NCBI GenBank assembly: GCA_947053925.1
Contig: CAMRUG010000003.1
Coordinates: 64,205 to 128,204 of the forward strand
Source: an uncultured Clostridia bacterium
Lineage (GTDB): Bacteria > Bacillota > Clostridia > Christensenellales > CAG-314
Length of the DNA: 64,000 nt
Direction: 5' to 3'
Under the pieces are notes generated by a model. It saw only the letters and a list, made by a program, of their open reading frames with translations, searched no databases and had not been told where the DNA came from. Each line of letters starts with the position of its first letter. The first letter of the stretch is position 1. Both the position numbers and the translations under genes were made by a program. Shown piece by piece: positions 9,693-19,225 of this stretch.

Positions 9693-10736
9693 TTAAAATT
9701 TACCTTGCTTTAATAACTGATTAAGCAAAACGTAAGCCAAAATATTATCGGCAATCACGCCGACATTAGGAACTACGCAAGTATCGGCGCGTTCGTAATG
9801 CTGTATAACAGTCCGTTTTGTTACATTGTCTACCGTTTCTACTCCTTTGACCGTAGGTACGGGTTTGACTGTTAAATGACACAAAATATCGCGCCCGTTT
9901 GTTATACCTGCCACAATACCGCCGCAATTATCGGTACCGTATACTATTTTTCCGTTTTCGAGCTTTAATTTGTCCGCGCACTCGATGCCTGTCAGACCTG
10001 CGTATTTTTCTCCTATTCCGAAAGTTATTCCCTTTACAGACGGTATTCCCATAAGATTGGCGGATATTACCGCATCCAAACGTTCGCTGTACGGTAATGC
10101 TTCGCCTATGCCCATTTCTACGCCCGTTGCTCCTACGGCAACCGTTCCGCCGAGACTGTTACCCGTTTGAGCAACAGCGGTAATTTTGTCCAGCATCAAA
10201 TTTGTCGCATACCTGCACGGACAATGCAACAAAGCAAAATGTTCCTCGCGTTCAGATACTCCGAAACGGTATCTGTTGCGCGAAGCAATACCGCCGATTT
10301 TTTCGACATAGTGATAAGTGGAAATATTTTTACTTGCTAAAAGTTGTTTACAGATTGCGCCCAAAACGACATAGCAGACACTGCTTCTTGCCGAAGCCTG
10401 CTCGTTAAGTTCGCGGACGCTTTGTCCGTAACGAGCTTGTCCGACTAAATCTATATGTCCGCTTCTGAGAGCGGTAATTTCGGGACGGATTTCGATACTG
10501 TGATTAGGCACAAAAAATTCCAAATCGCCGCTGACAGTAACCGTATCGCTCTCAAAGCCTACAAAACTAACGATGTCATCGTATTGCTGTCTTCCGCTAC
10601 GCCCTACGCCGCTTTTACGCAACTTAAGTTGCTCGTTAACGTATGCAACGCTAAAAGACGCTCCTTCAGGCAATCCCGATATTTTGCCGCCGTATCCTTC
10701 GCCGTGCGACTTGCCGTAAAATTCAAAAGTTATCAT
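9693..10736 (-). CDS. aroC: chorismate synthase
   Basis: FGKSHGEGYGGKISGLP ... LRKSGVGRSGRQ ... RADTCVVP are chorismate synthase signatures. Confidence 0.9.
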   Translation of the reverse strand: MITFEFYGKSHGEGYGGKISGLPEGASFSVAYVNEQLKLRKSGVGRSGRQQYDDIVSFVGFESDTVTVSGDLEFFVPNHSIEIRPEITALRSGHIDLVGQARYGQSVRELNEQASARSSVCYVVLGAICKQLLASKNISTYHYVEKIGGIASRNRYRFGVSEREEHFALLHCPCRYATNLMLDKITAVAQTGNSLGGTVAVGATGVEMGIGEALPYSERLDAVISANLMGIPSVKGITFGIGEKYAGLTGIECADKLKLENGKIVYGTDNCGGIVAGITNGRDILCHLTVKPVPTVKGVETVDNVTKRTVIQHYERADTCVVPNVGVIADNILAYVLLNQLLKQGKF

Positions 10737-10771
10737 ACCAAAATTTATAAATACATTTTAAAATTGCAGAA

Positions 10772-12130
10772 TTATTTCCAACTTGACGGGCACGTTCGGT
10801 TATTTTTAAACCATTCGGTGTCTTTCAGTTTTACGTCCGACTCGGAAAAATACATTGACACTTGACCATTTGTGCACGCGTACACTATATTGCCGTTTAG
10901 CGAAGCAAAACCGACGTCTTTGTACGAATCGCCGTTCTTTTCGATTTCGCCGACAGTCGTAACGTAAACGGCGTCGGTATAAGGCGCAATACGGTTAATA
11001 AACTTTTGCGCAGGGAATGTGTTTTCGAGTTTTTTAGTATACTCTACACTGCCTGCACAACAGCAAATGCAAATACACTGAGGCTTTATTTTGTGCAGTA
11101 ACGACGCGCTTGCGGCAGTATAAGAACCGTGATGCCCGCCCTTGTATAACTGAACTTCGGGTAAATCAGGATTGCTGTTGACAAGCGACGTTTCGCCGCT
11201 GTCTTCTAAATCGCCTGTTAAAAGATAATGGTTGTCGCCCTGAGTAATAAGCACGCAAACGGAATAATTGTTTTCGTTAGACGTTTCCTGTTCGTAATAC
11301 TTTTGGTAAAGTATCTCCATTGTTACAGAGCCGTCGCCCGTCAAGTCGTAAACTTTCTGCGCGCCGTTTGCATTGTTTACGCAATCGAGAGCGGTATATA
11401 CGTTTGCGCCTTTCTGCTGTGCTTGGTCGCGCTTTGCGCAAAAATCTTTGTAAACTTGACTTGTTGCGTTTGTGCGGGAAAATTGAATGATATTCTCGCA
11501 TTCGTATCTGTCAAATATGCCTTGCGCCTCCTTTGTGCCTACAAAACCAGCAATATGGTCCTGATGGGCGTGAGTGGCTATGACGTATTCCAACTTGTTG
11601 TCGGTACAATAATTGTCGACATACTCGGCAATAGTTTCGGCACTGCCCGCTCTAGAACCGGCGTCGATTAAAATATCCGTTTCGCCTGCCTTTATATACA
11701 CCGAGTCGCCAGTAAAATTGTTGCCTAATTCCAAAAAGTGAATGGACAACTGCTCGTTTTTGATTGCCGCAACATCGTAAGTATTGCTGTTAAATTTTAA
11801 AGTATTGTCGGATATTATAAGCGGATCGAACCAACCCTTATAATAACCTACGCAACCTATGACAACAAAAGCAATTATTAAAATAACGGTAAGAACGATA
11901 AAAAACTTTTTCTGTTTTTTATTAGACGCTCTGCTTGCGCTTGTGGCAGTCGCCGCGACAATGCCCGTAAGCGCGTCCTTGTTCTCTTTAAAATTTTTAG
12001 ACGTATCGTACTTTTTTGCCGCCTTTACCACGCGGTTTACATTGGCTTTGGTCGTGCTTTTGCCGCCCGACTTCTTTTTTGCCGAACTGCCGGAAGTCTT
12101 TTTGTTACCGCCGTCGGATTTGTTTGCCAT
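10772..12130 (-). CDS. membrane-anchored MBL-fold metallo-hydrolase (ComEC C-terminal-domain-like)
   Basis: HAHQDHIAGF metal-binding motif and later GGHHGS. A Lys/Ser-rich N-terminus is followed by one TM. I place the start at ATG 12130 (GGGAGG RBS); the longer track ORF (to 12274) overlaps the upstream paralogue. Confidence 0.7.
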   Translation of the reverse strand: MANKSDGGNKKTSGSSAKKKSGGKSTTKANVNRVVKAAKKYDTSKNFKENKDALTGIVAATATSASRASNKKQKKFFIVLTVILIIAFVVIGCVGYYKGWFDPLIISDNTLKFNSNTYDVAAIKNEQLSIHFLELGNNFTGDSVYIKAGETDILIDAGSRAGSAETIAEYVDNYCTDNKLEYVIATHAHQDHIAGFVGTKEAQGIFDRYECENIIQFSRTNATSQVYKDFCAKRDQAQQKGANVYTALDCVNNANGAQKVYDLTGDGSVTMEILYQKYYEQETSNENNYSVCVLITQGDNHYLLTGDLEDSGETSLVNSNPDLPEVQLYKGGHHGSYTAASASLLHKIKPQCICICCCAGSVEYTKKLENTFPAQKFINRIAPYTDAVYVTTVGEIEKNGDSYKDVGFASLNGNIVYACTNGQVSMYFSESDVKLKDTEWFKNNRTCPSSWK

Positions 12131-12155
12131 ACGTTTTCCTCCCTGCCAAAATATT

Positions 12156-13880
12156 TTATGCCGTTTGCTGTCCGGTAGTTTCTTCCTGTTTTTTCCACGC
12201 CTCGGGGCATATCCTGTTTTGATTAAACCATTCGGTATCTTTAAACAAGGTATTATTGTTAGTACAGTTAACAAAAACGCCTTTTTCGTTGGACGTTACA
12301 CAAATATTGCCATTGAGAGGCGTAGAACTTGAGCCTTCAACGTTTACGTTTGTTAAAAACACCATATCCGTTTGCACGGCAATGCGGTCTATCGCTTCCT
12401 GAGCGGGAAAATTGTACTTTTTGTCGCCGCAGCAAGTGCAGATACAGACAAGTTTGGGCGTTATTGCCGCCATTAACTCCTGAGAAGAAGATGTGTCGCT
12501 GCCGTGATGTCCGCCCTTATACAAAACGCAATGGGGAAGCGGCTTTTCGATACTGTTATAATACTGTACCATTGCTCTTTCACCGTTTGACTCCAAATCG
12601 CCTGTAAATAAGTAATGGTTGACATATTTGTCGTTATCGGGGTTTTCTGCGTTTGTATTGTCGTAGTTCTGTCCGTACTGGTTAAACATAACGCATACCG
12701 AGTTTGAGTTTTCATCGCTCTTTATCGGAGACGCATAGTACTTGTTATATACTATCTCCATTTCGATATAATCGGTAAGTTTTATTTTGCGTCCGCTTTC
12801 GTTGTTCCACCACTCTAACGCCGTTATTACGTTTGCGCCGTTTTGCTTTTGAACGTCGCACTTCGCTTCAAAATCTTTGCTTACCTGCGAAGTCGTGTTT
12901 CTGTTTGCATAACGGATGATATTTTCGCATTTATACCTGTCCAGTATTCCCGAAACGGTACTGTTGCCTACAAAACCCGAAATGTGGTCTTCGTGCGCGT
13001 GAGTAGCAATGACGTATTCTAACACGCCGTCTGTGCAGTAATTAGAAATGTATTTGTCTATTGTTGCCGCGCTGGAATAGGTACTTCCTGCGTCAATAAG
13101 AATATCCGTGTCGCCTGCCTTGATGAAAACGCTGTCGCCTGCCAAATTGTTTTCAAACGCTATAAAATGTATTTGCAACTCGTCTTGGACATAGGACGTA
13201 TTTGTAATTTTGACAGAACCGTCCTGCTGCAAAATACCGTATTTGCCGTAATTTGCAACTTCGGGAGTTTTTTCTTTTACGGTAATTTCTACAACACAGC
13301 CGACTTTTATTCCGTCAGTGTAGGTTACGTTTACGCGCTTTACTCCAAATGTGGACGAGTCAAAACCGCTTACTTCAAAATCGGTTACGGCTTTATCGGT
13401 TGTATCGCTGTAATACGCCGTTACTTCTATATCTGCTTTGTTGAGAGTACCGCCGATTTCAATTTCCGGTCCGTTGTAAACCGCAGTAATAGAAACCAGC
13501 GTTACGGGTTCAGGATTTGTTTCAACAACCTTTACAGTAACGGTTGTGGTTTTTGTTACGTTATTTTCCGTATAACTGATTGTTACAACCTTGTCGCCTG
13601 CTGTTTCCGAACTGAACCCCGACAGTTCAAAGTTCGTTACGGTTTTATCGGAATTGTCGCTGTACTTTGCAGTAACGGTAATTTTGCTCTTTTCGAGAGC
13701 ACCGCCTACTTCTATACCGTCCCCGTTATATACTGCCGATATTGAATCTAACTTAACAAATATATTACACGCAATTAAGCCTGCGCCGCACACAACAAGC
13801 ACAGCAACAAGCAAAATAACAAAAAGCCTTTTAAATGCGTATAAGTTTAATTTTTCAGAACTTTTCATAATCTTCTCCAA
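12156..13880 (-). CDS. membrane-anchored MBL-fold metallo-hydrolase with two Ig-like repeats
   Basis: HAHEDHISGF and GGHHGS motifs; paralogue of the downstream gene. It has an N-terminal TM and two ~85-aa tandem repeats (I(S/T)AVYNG..IE(V/I)GG.L.K..I.VTA.YSD..DK.VT(N/D)FE(L/V)SGF). Confidence 0.7.
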   Translation of the reverse strand: MEKIMKSSEKLNLYAFKRLFVILLVAVLVVCGAGLIACNIFVKLDSISAVYNGDGIEVGGALEKSKITVTAKYSDNSDKTVTNFELSGFSSETAGDKVVTISYTENNVTKTTTVTVKVVETNPEPVTLVSITAVYNGPEIEIGGTLNKADIEVTAYYSDTTDKAVTDFEVSGFDSSTFGVKRVNVTYTDGIKVGCVVEITVKEKTPEVANYGKYGILQQDGSVKITNTSYVQDELQIHFIAFENNLAGDSVFIKAGDTDILIDAGSTYSSAATIDKYISNYCTDGVLEYVIATHAHEDHISGFVGNSTVSGILDRYKCENIIRYANRNTTSQVSKDFEAKCDVQKQNGANVITALEWWNNESGRKIKLTDYIEMEIVYNKYYASPIKSDENSNSVCVMFNQYGQNYDNTNAENPDNDKYVNHYLFTGDLESNGERAMVQYYNSIEKPLPHCVLYKGGHHGSDTSSSQELMAAITPKLVCICTCCGDKKYNFPAQEAIDRIAVQTDMVFLTNVNVEGSSSTPLNGNICVTSNEKGVFVNCTNNNTLFKDTEWFNQNRICPEAWKKQEETTGQQTA

Positions 13881-13890
13881 CCGTATTAGT

Positions 13891-14703
13891 TTAGCGTATC
13901 AGTAACAACTCTCTGATTTCGGACATTTTTTCCATTGCGGAGCGGTAACCCTCTTCCACCATTTGGTCTATATTGTCAAGACTTGTGTTTTTGTATTCGG
14001 AAAGTTCGGGTTCTATTACCAAATCGCTGTTTAAAAGCCCTTTGTACATTGTAGACTTTGTAGTTATATTCCACGTTGCCACAAGCGTATCTTTAAGTTT
14101 TTTAGACTTTGTTCCGCTTCCGCGGTTGTGATTCAAGTCCACCCCTATCACAATGTCCGCGCCCATTTGCCTACACACGTCCGCAGGCATATTGTTCAAG
14201 AGTCCGCCGTCAACAAGCAGCATACCGTCAAGTTCGACGGGCTTAAACAGCATCGGTACTGCACAGGATGCCGAAACTGCGCGCGCAACGCTACCTTCGT
14301 TTAACACAACTTCCCGTCCGCTGGATATGTCCACTGCAACCGCACAAAAGGGCATATTCAGTTCGTTAAAACTTTTGCCCGACAGCAGTCTGTCGGCTAT
14401 AGCCTCTACATTTGCAGATTCCGACCGCAAGACTAATTTCGAGTTTACAATATCTTTACGGCGCAAAGTTTTGGCTTCCTCAAGCATTTGTTCGCAAGTG
14501 ATACCTGCCGCATACATTGCTCCCACAATACTGCCTGCGCTTGTGCCCGCAACGCAATCGAATTTTATACGCGACTGCTCGAATGCGCGCAAAACGCCTA
14601 TGTGAGCAAAACCTCTTGTTCCGCCGCCCGAAAGCGCCAGCCCTAGTTTGTAACGGGATTTTATAAAACCGTCGCCGTTTTGTTTACGCTTAAATAATGC
14701 CAT
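13891..14703 (-). CDS. patatin-like phospholipase
   Basis: GLALSGGGTRG oxyanion motif, GTSAG (GxSxG) nucleophile elbow and VDGGLLNNMP (DGG). Start chosen at ATG 14703 (MALFKRK). Confidence 0.85.
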   Translation of the reverse strand: MALFKRKQNGDGFIKSRYKLGLALSGGGTRGFAHIGVLRAFEQSRIKFDCVAGTSAGSIVGAMYAAGITCEQMLEEAKTLRRKDIVNSKLVLRSESANVEAIADRLLSGKSFNELNMPFCAVAVDISSGREVVLNEGSVARAVSASCAVPMLFKPVELDGMLLVDGGLLNNMPADVCRQMGADIVIGVDLNHNRGSGTKSKKLKDTLVATWNITTKSTMYKGLLNSDLVIEPELSEYKNTSLDNIDQMVEEGYRSAMEKMSEIRELLLIR

Positions 14704-14876
14704 ATAATAAATTATATAATACATTGTCAAATTTTGCAATGCTTTAAAATTAACGGATATTAACAACGGTCGTTAAAAATAATATATTCTGCTATCAACA
14801 GTACGCGAAAAGCAAAAGGACGCTTTGCATTGCAAAACGTCCCTTGGTTTGTTGTAGTTAATTTACGTTTTAATTG

Positions 14877-16664
14877 TCAGTCAACGTTCATTATTTGAGT
14901 TTCAACATTTGTAACAACGCCAGTAAAATCAATCCTATATTCATGCGACCACGAAAATCTATAAGACGAATCGCTTATATTAAATGATTGCTCTACATAA
15001 TTATTAATATAACGCACATCTACAGGGTCCAATTCAAGTATCGCATCAATATTTACCCTTTCGCCTGTATCCAATTTTACAATAAATGTTACTTGTATCT
15101 TTTCTATTTTATTGTCATGATTTTCATCAAAATATACGATATTTACTGAAGAATCATTGATCAATGCCGCATTGTTATGATTGGGATATATATCTCGTAA
15201 TTGAAAAGCAAAAGCATCATATACCTTATTGTAATTATCTTCTAAAATTCGATTGCCATGTCGCGTGTTATATGAATTCAAAAATTCGTCAAATGTCATT
15301 TCGTTTTGAAATTCGTCCGTTTTGCGTAGTCCGCAATTCTTACAATACAGTAACATACATTCGTTGTGGTTATTATAATAAAAATAATTATGGTATGGAG
15401 GAATTATTAGCGGTCCAAAGCGTTGTTCAGCAATATAATTAGGACACCATTCATCTTCATATTCACTCATTATACCTGAATACCACCGGTGCGTTATTTT
15501 ACAACCATCGCAATCTTTGCAATACCAATATCCTGCATTTCCTTCCTCTGTACAACTTATTTTCGGTTGCATGTATACTGCATTGCTATGCGGACATGCT
15601 TCAATAACATAATCAGGCAATGACATTTCTACCCTAGCGAAAGCGACACCCGAAAAACATATAATTGGAATAATATATAAAACTGCAAATACCATGCCGG
15701 AAATTGACATCTTTTTACCGCGATCGTCGAATTTGACTCGCCTCTTGAAACCTATGATATCAAATGACAAAAACGATATTACGCTACATGGTACCAAAAT
15801 ACCTATTGCGAACATAAAATACAACCCTTGCAATGTTTCCGGATAGTGAATGAAACAAAAATACACGCTCATTCCCAACGCGCCCAATCCTCCAAAGACC
15901 GAGCATACAAAACCTGCTATCGCCCATTTGTTTTTGGGAGGTTTAGGTTTTTTAATACCTTTTTCCTCGTCAGTCATTTCTGACACGGGAGGAAGCGTTT
16001 CGGCGTCTTCTACAAAGGTATGAGATATTGTCCACTTTTTGCTTTTTACAATCAGCCAAAAAGAATAAATACCAAGCGTTACAACGGTCAGCAAAGTCCA
16101 CAATATACGTTTGCCGAAGTACTGCATACCCGTACCGTCAAAGTACATTGTATGCCCGTCTATTGTTTTGTGTTTTGCATACCAACGTTCCTTGTAGCAA
16201 TGCGCCCAATAGAAGCCAATGGTCAGAGTAATGACCGTTACTAAATTTGCTACGAAATTGATACCGAACAGTTGATACCACTTGCCGTCAAAGTGAGATT
16301 GATTGTTTTCCTCGTCTGCCTCTACTCCCTCAAAATGGATATGCTTTGTTTGCCACTCTATTATCAGCAACCTGCCCTTTATCAAAAAATAGATACCTAA
16401 CGTTATTATGCTCAACAATACCCACTTGATATAATTGCCGAACAGTTGACGCGCTTTGCCGTCAAATACTAAACGTCTGCCGTTAATGTATGTATGCGAG
16501 GCTTCCCAACGCATACGCCAGCACACCATTGCGGGATATGCCAACCCTAAAGTAATAAACGTAACGAACCCCGACAACAACCCTCTGAAAAAGTTAGCAA
16601 ACGCACCGCCCGTAAACGTAGATTGGTCGGGCGTGAGGTTTTCGACTTTTTTGTTTTTTGCCAT
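14877..16664 (-). CDS. polytopic membrane protein with an N-terminal DUF898/YjgN-like region and a Cys-rich C-terminal domain
   Basis: Two YjgN-like repeats (FTGGAFANFFRGLL...GLAYPAMVCWRMRW...GRRLVFDG and ...GHTMYFDGTG.QYFGK). More TM segments follow, then a soluble tail with CxxC-type pairs (CKDCDGC, CKNCG). Confidence 0.55.
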   Translation of the reverse strand: MAKNKKVENLTPDQSTFTGGAFANFFRGLLSGFVTFITLGLAYPAMVCWRMRWEASHTYINGRRLVFDGKARQLFGNYIKWVLLSIITLGIYFLIKGRLLIIEWQTKHIHFEGVEADEENNQSHFDGKWYQLFGINFVANLVTVITLTIGFYWAHCYKERWYAKHKTIDGHTMYFDGTGMQYFGKRILWTLLTVVTLGIYSFWLIVKSKKWTISHTFVEDAETLPPVSEMTDEEKGIKKPKPPKNKWAIAGFVCSVFGGLGALGMSVYFCFIHYPETLQGLYFMFAIGILVPCSVISFLSFDIIGFKRRVKFDDRGKKMSISGMVFAVLYIIPIICFSGVAFARVEMSLPDYVIEACPHSNAVYMQPKISCTEEGNAGYWYCKDCDGCKITHRWYSGIMSEYEDEWCPNYIAEQRFGPLIIPPYHNYFYYNNHNECMLLYCKNCGLRKTDEFQNEMTFDEFLNSYNTRHGNRILEDNYNKVYDAFAFQLRDIYPNHNNAALINDSSVNIVYFDENHDNKIEKIQVTFIVKLDTGERVNIDAILELDPVDVRYINNYVEQSFNISDSSYRFSWSHEYRIDFTGVVTNVETQIMNVD

Positions 16665-16696
16665 AGTTTTTCCCTCCTATGTAGTAATGTAACACA

Positions 16697-16727
16697 AGTA
16701 TACCCCCCCCCGATTAGAAAAAGTCAA
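16697..16727 (-). promoter_or_regulatory. sigmaA-like promoter with a G9 tract in the -35/-10 spacer
   Basis: The minus strand reads TTGACT-t-tttctaatc-GGGGGGGGG-TATACT, a 19-nt spacer. A GGAGG RBS and the ATG at 16664 lie downstream. Confidence 0.55.
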
Positions 16728-16807
16728 GTCATTTTTTTGAATTGCCGCAACGCAAAAAATAACAGCCTCCGCAAAACTGCAGAGACTGCTAAAATATTAT
16801 TTAAATA

Positions 16808-17350
16808 TTACTTTTTAAAATAACGGTTATACAATCCTTCAAAGGCTTTTCCGTGGCGGGCTTCGTCTCGAGCCATTTCGTGAACGGTATCGTGGATAGC
16901 GTCCAATCCTGCTGCCTTTGCGCGCTTTGCAAGGTCAGTTTTGCCCATCGTTGCGCCGTTTTCCGCTTCGATACGCATAGCAAGGTTTTTAGCGGTGCTG
17001 TCGGTTACAACTTCGCCCAACAGTTCGGCAAATTTAGCGGCGTGTTCGGCTTCTTCGTAAGCAGCCTTTTCCCAATAGAGTCCGATTTCGGGATAACCTT
17101 CGCGGAAAGCAACGCGAGCCATAGCAAGGTACATACCAACTTCGCTGCATTCGCCGTTAAAGTTAGCGCGAAGATCATCGATTATATCTTGAGAAACGCC
17201 TTGAGCAACGCCTACAACGTGTTCCGCCGCCCAACTGAGTTCGCCTGCTTGCGCAACAAACTTTTCCTTAGGGGCTTTGCATTGGGGACATCTTTCGGGG
17301 GCTTCCGTTCCTTCGTGAACGTATCCGCATACAGAACATACAAATTTCAT
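16808..17350 (-). CDS. rbr: reverse rubrerythrin (N-terminal rubredoxin-like domain + ferritin-like di-iron domain)
   Basis: [31 protein letters not shown] is followed by a four-helix di-iron domain with ExxH pairs ([19 protein letters not shown]). Start at ATG 17350 with an AGGAGA RBS. Confidence 0.85.
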   Translation of the reverse strand: MKFVCSVCGYVHEGTEAPERCPQCKAPKEKFVAQAGELSWAAEHVVGVAQGVSQDIIDDLRANFNGECSEVGMYLAMARVAFREGYPEIGLYWEKAAYEEAEHAAKFAELLGEVVTDSTAKNLAMRIEAENGATMGKTDLAKRAKAAGLDAIHDTVHEMARDEARHGKAFEGLYNRYFKK

Positions 17351-17505
17351 TTTTAAAATTCTCCTATTTATTTTTTGCGGCATATAAATGCCTATTTAAT
17401 ACTTTATTTTACAGAAAATATATCCGCAGTAAATCAAATCTGCCTATAAAATACTTTTTATCATATTGGGGCAAATTAAAACAATGCGTTACATTACAAT
17501 GCGGC

Positions 17506-17619
17506 TTATTCTTCTTCAAGCGTAAAATCTTCTGCGCCTACTCCGCACAACGGGCAGATTTCGGGCGCTTCTTCGCCTTCGTGAACATATCCGCATACAT
17601 TACAAATCCATCTTTTCAT
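17506..17619 (-). CDS. 37-aa rubredoxin-like mini-protein (below the ORF-track cutoff)
   Basis: My translation is [37 protein letters not shown], with two CxxC knuckles as in rubredoxin. An AGGAGA RBS lies 7 nt upstream. It sits 12 nt downstream of the Fur-family gene. Confidence 0.6.
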   Translation of the reverse strand: MKRWICNVCGYVHEGEEAPEICPLCGVGAEDFTLEEE

Positions 17620-17631
17620 TTGATTTCTCCT

Positions 17632-18015
17632 TTATTGTTTATTTTGACTTGCGTCTTTATTATTACGACATTCGTCGCAACAGCCGTAAAAAGTTATCTC
17701 GTAACGGTCAACGCCTGCAATACTATGTTTAACGTCAACTTGAGACATATCGATATCTACGATTTTACCGCAGCAACTGCAAACTAAATGCGCGTGGTCG
17801 GAGACGTTTGCGTCGTATCTCTCCGCATATCCTTCCGCGCTTAACTTTTTTATTTTGCCGATACTAAGCAATTCTTGTAAATTGCGGTAAACCGTTGCTA
17901 TGCTTATGTTGGGAATAATCTCGCGCGTTCGGGCGTATATCCACGCAACGTCGGGGTGCGATGTGGTTTGACACAGCACATTGTACACCGCTTCGCGCTG
18001 TTTAGAAAATCTCAT
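17632..18015 (-). CDS. Fur-family transcriptional regulator (PerR-like by context)
   Basis: Winged-helix N-terminus (ATVYRNLQEL), HAHLVCSCCGKI and CCDECR metal sites. It is linked to rubredoxin-like and rubrerythrin genes. Confidence 0.85.
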   Translation of the reverse strand: MRFSKQREAVYNVLCQTTSHPDVAWIYARTREIIPNISIATVYRNLQELLSIGKIKKLSAEGYAERYDANVSDHAHLVCSCCGKIVDIDMSQVDVKHSIAGVDRYEITFYGCCDECRNNKDASQNKQ

Positions 18016-18040
18016 TGAAAGTTATCCTTTAATAATTATA

Positions 18041-18055
18041 TGATAAACTTTATCA
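18041..18055. promoter_or_regulatory. 7-1-7 Fur-family operator (TGATAAAcTTTATCA)
   Basis: Perfect inverted repeat 26 nt upstream of the Fur-family ATG. It closely resembles the B. subtilis Fur/PerR 7-1-7 boxes (TGATAATnATTATCA / TTATAATnATTATAA). Confidence 0.5.
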
Positions 18056-18223
18056 TTTATTTTGTCAATAGTTATTTTTATAATTTTTATAAAAATGTTT
18101 TAATTTTAGTACGGCGCTGCACTTTTACCGAATAATACTCCGCAAAACAAACTTTGACAACCGACACGGACAGAGACATTTAAAACGCTTGATAAAATAC
18201 CGCAAAGCGTTTACAATATTGTT

Positions 18224-18958
18224 ATGAATATGCAACAAATGCTCTCGCCCTTCAGACGGGCGATACAAGATTACAAAATGATAGAAAGCGGCGACAAAAT
18301 TGCCGTAGGAGTTTCCGGCGGCAAGGACAGTCTTGTTTTGCTGACGTTACTTGCCGAATATCAAAAATATTTTGACTGCAAATTCGACCTTATGGCGGTT
18401 ACGGTGGATATGGGGTTTACGGAAAATGCTTACACCCCTATTACTCAATACTGCAAAAAACTGGGAGTAGAATACTCCGTCGTAAAAACGGATATTGCCG
18501 AAATTATATTCGATATCCGTAAAGAGAAAAACCCTTGCAGTTTGTGCGCCAAAATGCGGCGCGGAGCGTTAAACAGCGAGATTACAAGCAGGGGGTTTAA
18601 CAAACTTGCACTAGGACACCACAAAGACGACGTTGTAGAAACGTTTTTGCTAAGTTTGTTTTACGAAGGCAGACTGAATACATTTCAGCCCAAGTCGTAT
18701 ATGTCAAGAAGCGGAGTAACGCTTATACGCCCTATGATTTACCTTGCGGAAAAGGATATTTCGGGCTTGGCAAAGACAATGCCCGTAGTACACAATCCTT
18801 GCCCTGCAAACAAACACACCGAGCGCGAAAGTATGAAACAACTGCTTGCCGACTTATCTAAAAAGTACCCTAACCTTTCGGAAAAATTTGCCAACGCCGT
18901 TATGCACCCCGAACGTTACAATTTGTGGGACAGCATCGACACAGACGGCAAAAAATAA
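18224..18958 (+). CDS. ttcA: tRNA 2-thiocytidine biosynthesis protein TtcA-family PP-loop ATPase
   Basis: VGVSGGKDSLVLL PP-loop, CSLCAKMRRG and a later CPANK cysteine motif. Confidence 0.8.
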   Translation: MNMQQMLSPFRRAIQDYKMIESGDKIAVGVSGGKDSLVLLTLLAEYQKYFDCKFDLMAVTVDMGFTENAYTPITQYCKKLGVEYSVVKTDIAEIIFDIRKEKNPCSLCAKMRRGALNSEITSRGFNKLALGHHKDDVVETFLLSLFYEGRLNTFQPKSYMSRSGVTLIRPMIYLAEKDISGLAKTMPVVHNPCPANKHTERESMKQLLADLSKKYPNLSEKFANAVMHPERYNLWDSIDTDGKK

Positions 18959-19225
18959 ATATGCTTTTACAAACCGTTCTCAAGTCAATTTAAACAATCT
19001 TTTGCATATTCAGGGTGCGCACTGATGTAGCAATTTGCACTAAAAACGGCACTGAATACATTTTAAAAATAAAACATATCGTATGCAGCAACAATATTTA
19101 TAATTACAATCCGCTTAGCAAATTTAGTGTTAAGCGGAATTTTCTTATTATATAAAAATCAAAAATTCGGTCTAAAATTGCAAATTCCGACATTTAATAT
19201 ATCAACACCACTGTCGGAGACGTTA

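Noticed and set aside
12131-12274. N-terminal extension of the first MBL hydrolase (track start 12274)
   Set aside because: The extension overlaps the 3' end of the upstream paralogue in another frame. A GGGAGG RBS precedes the internal ATG at 12130.
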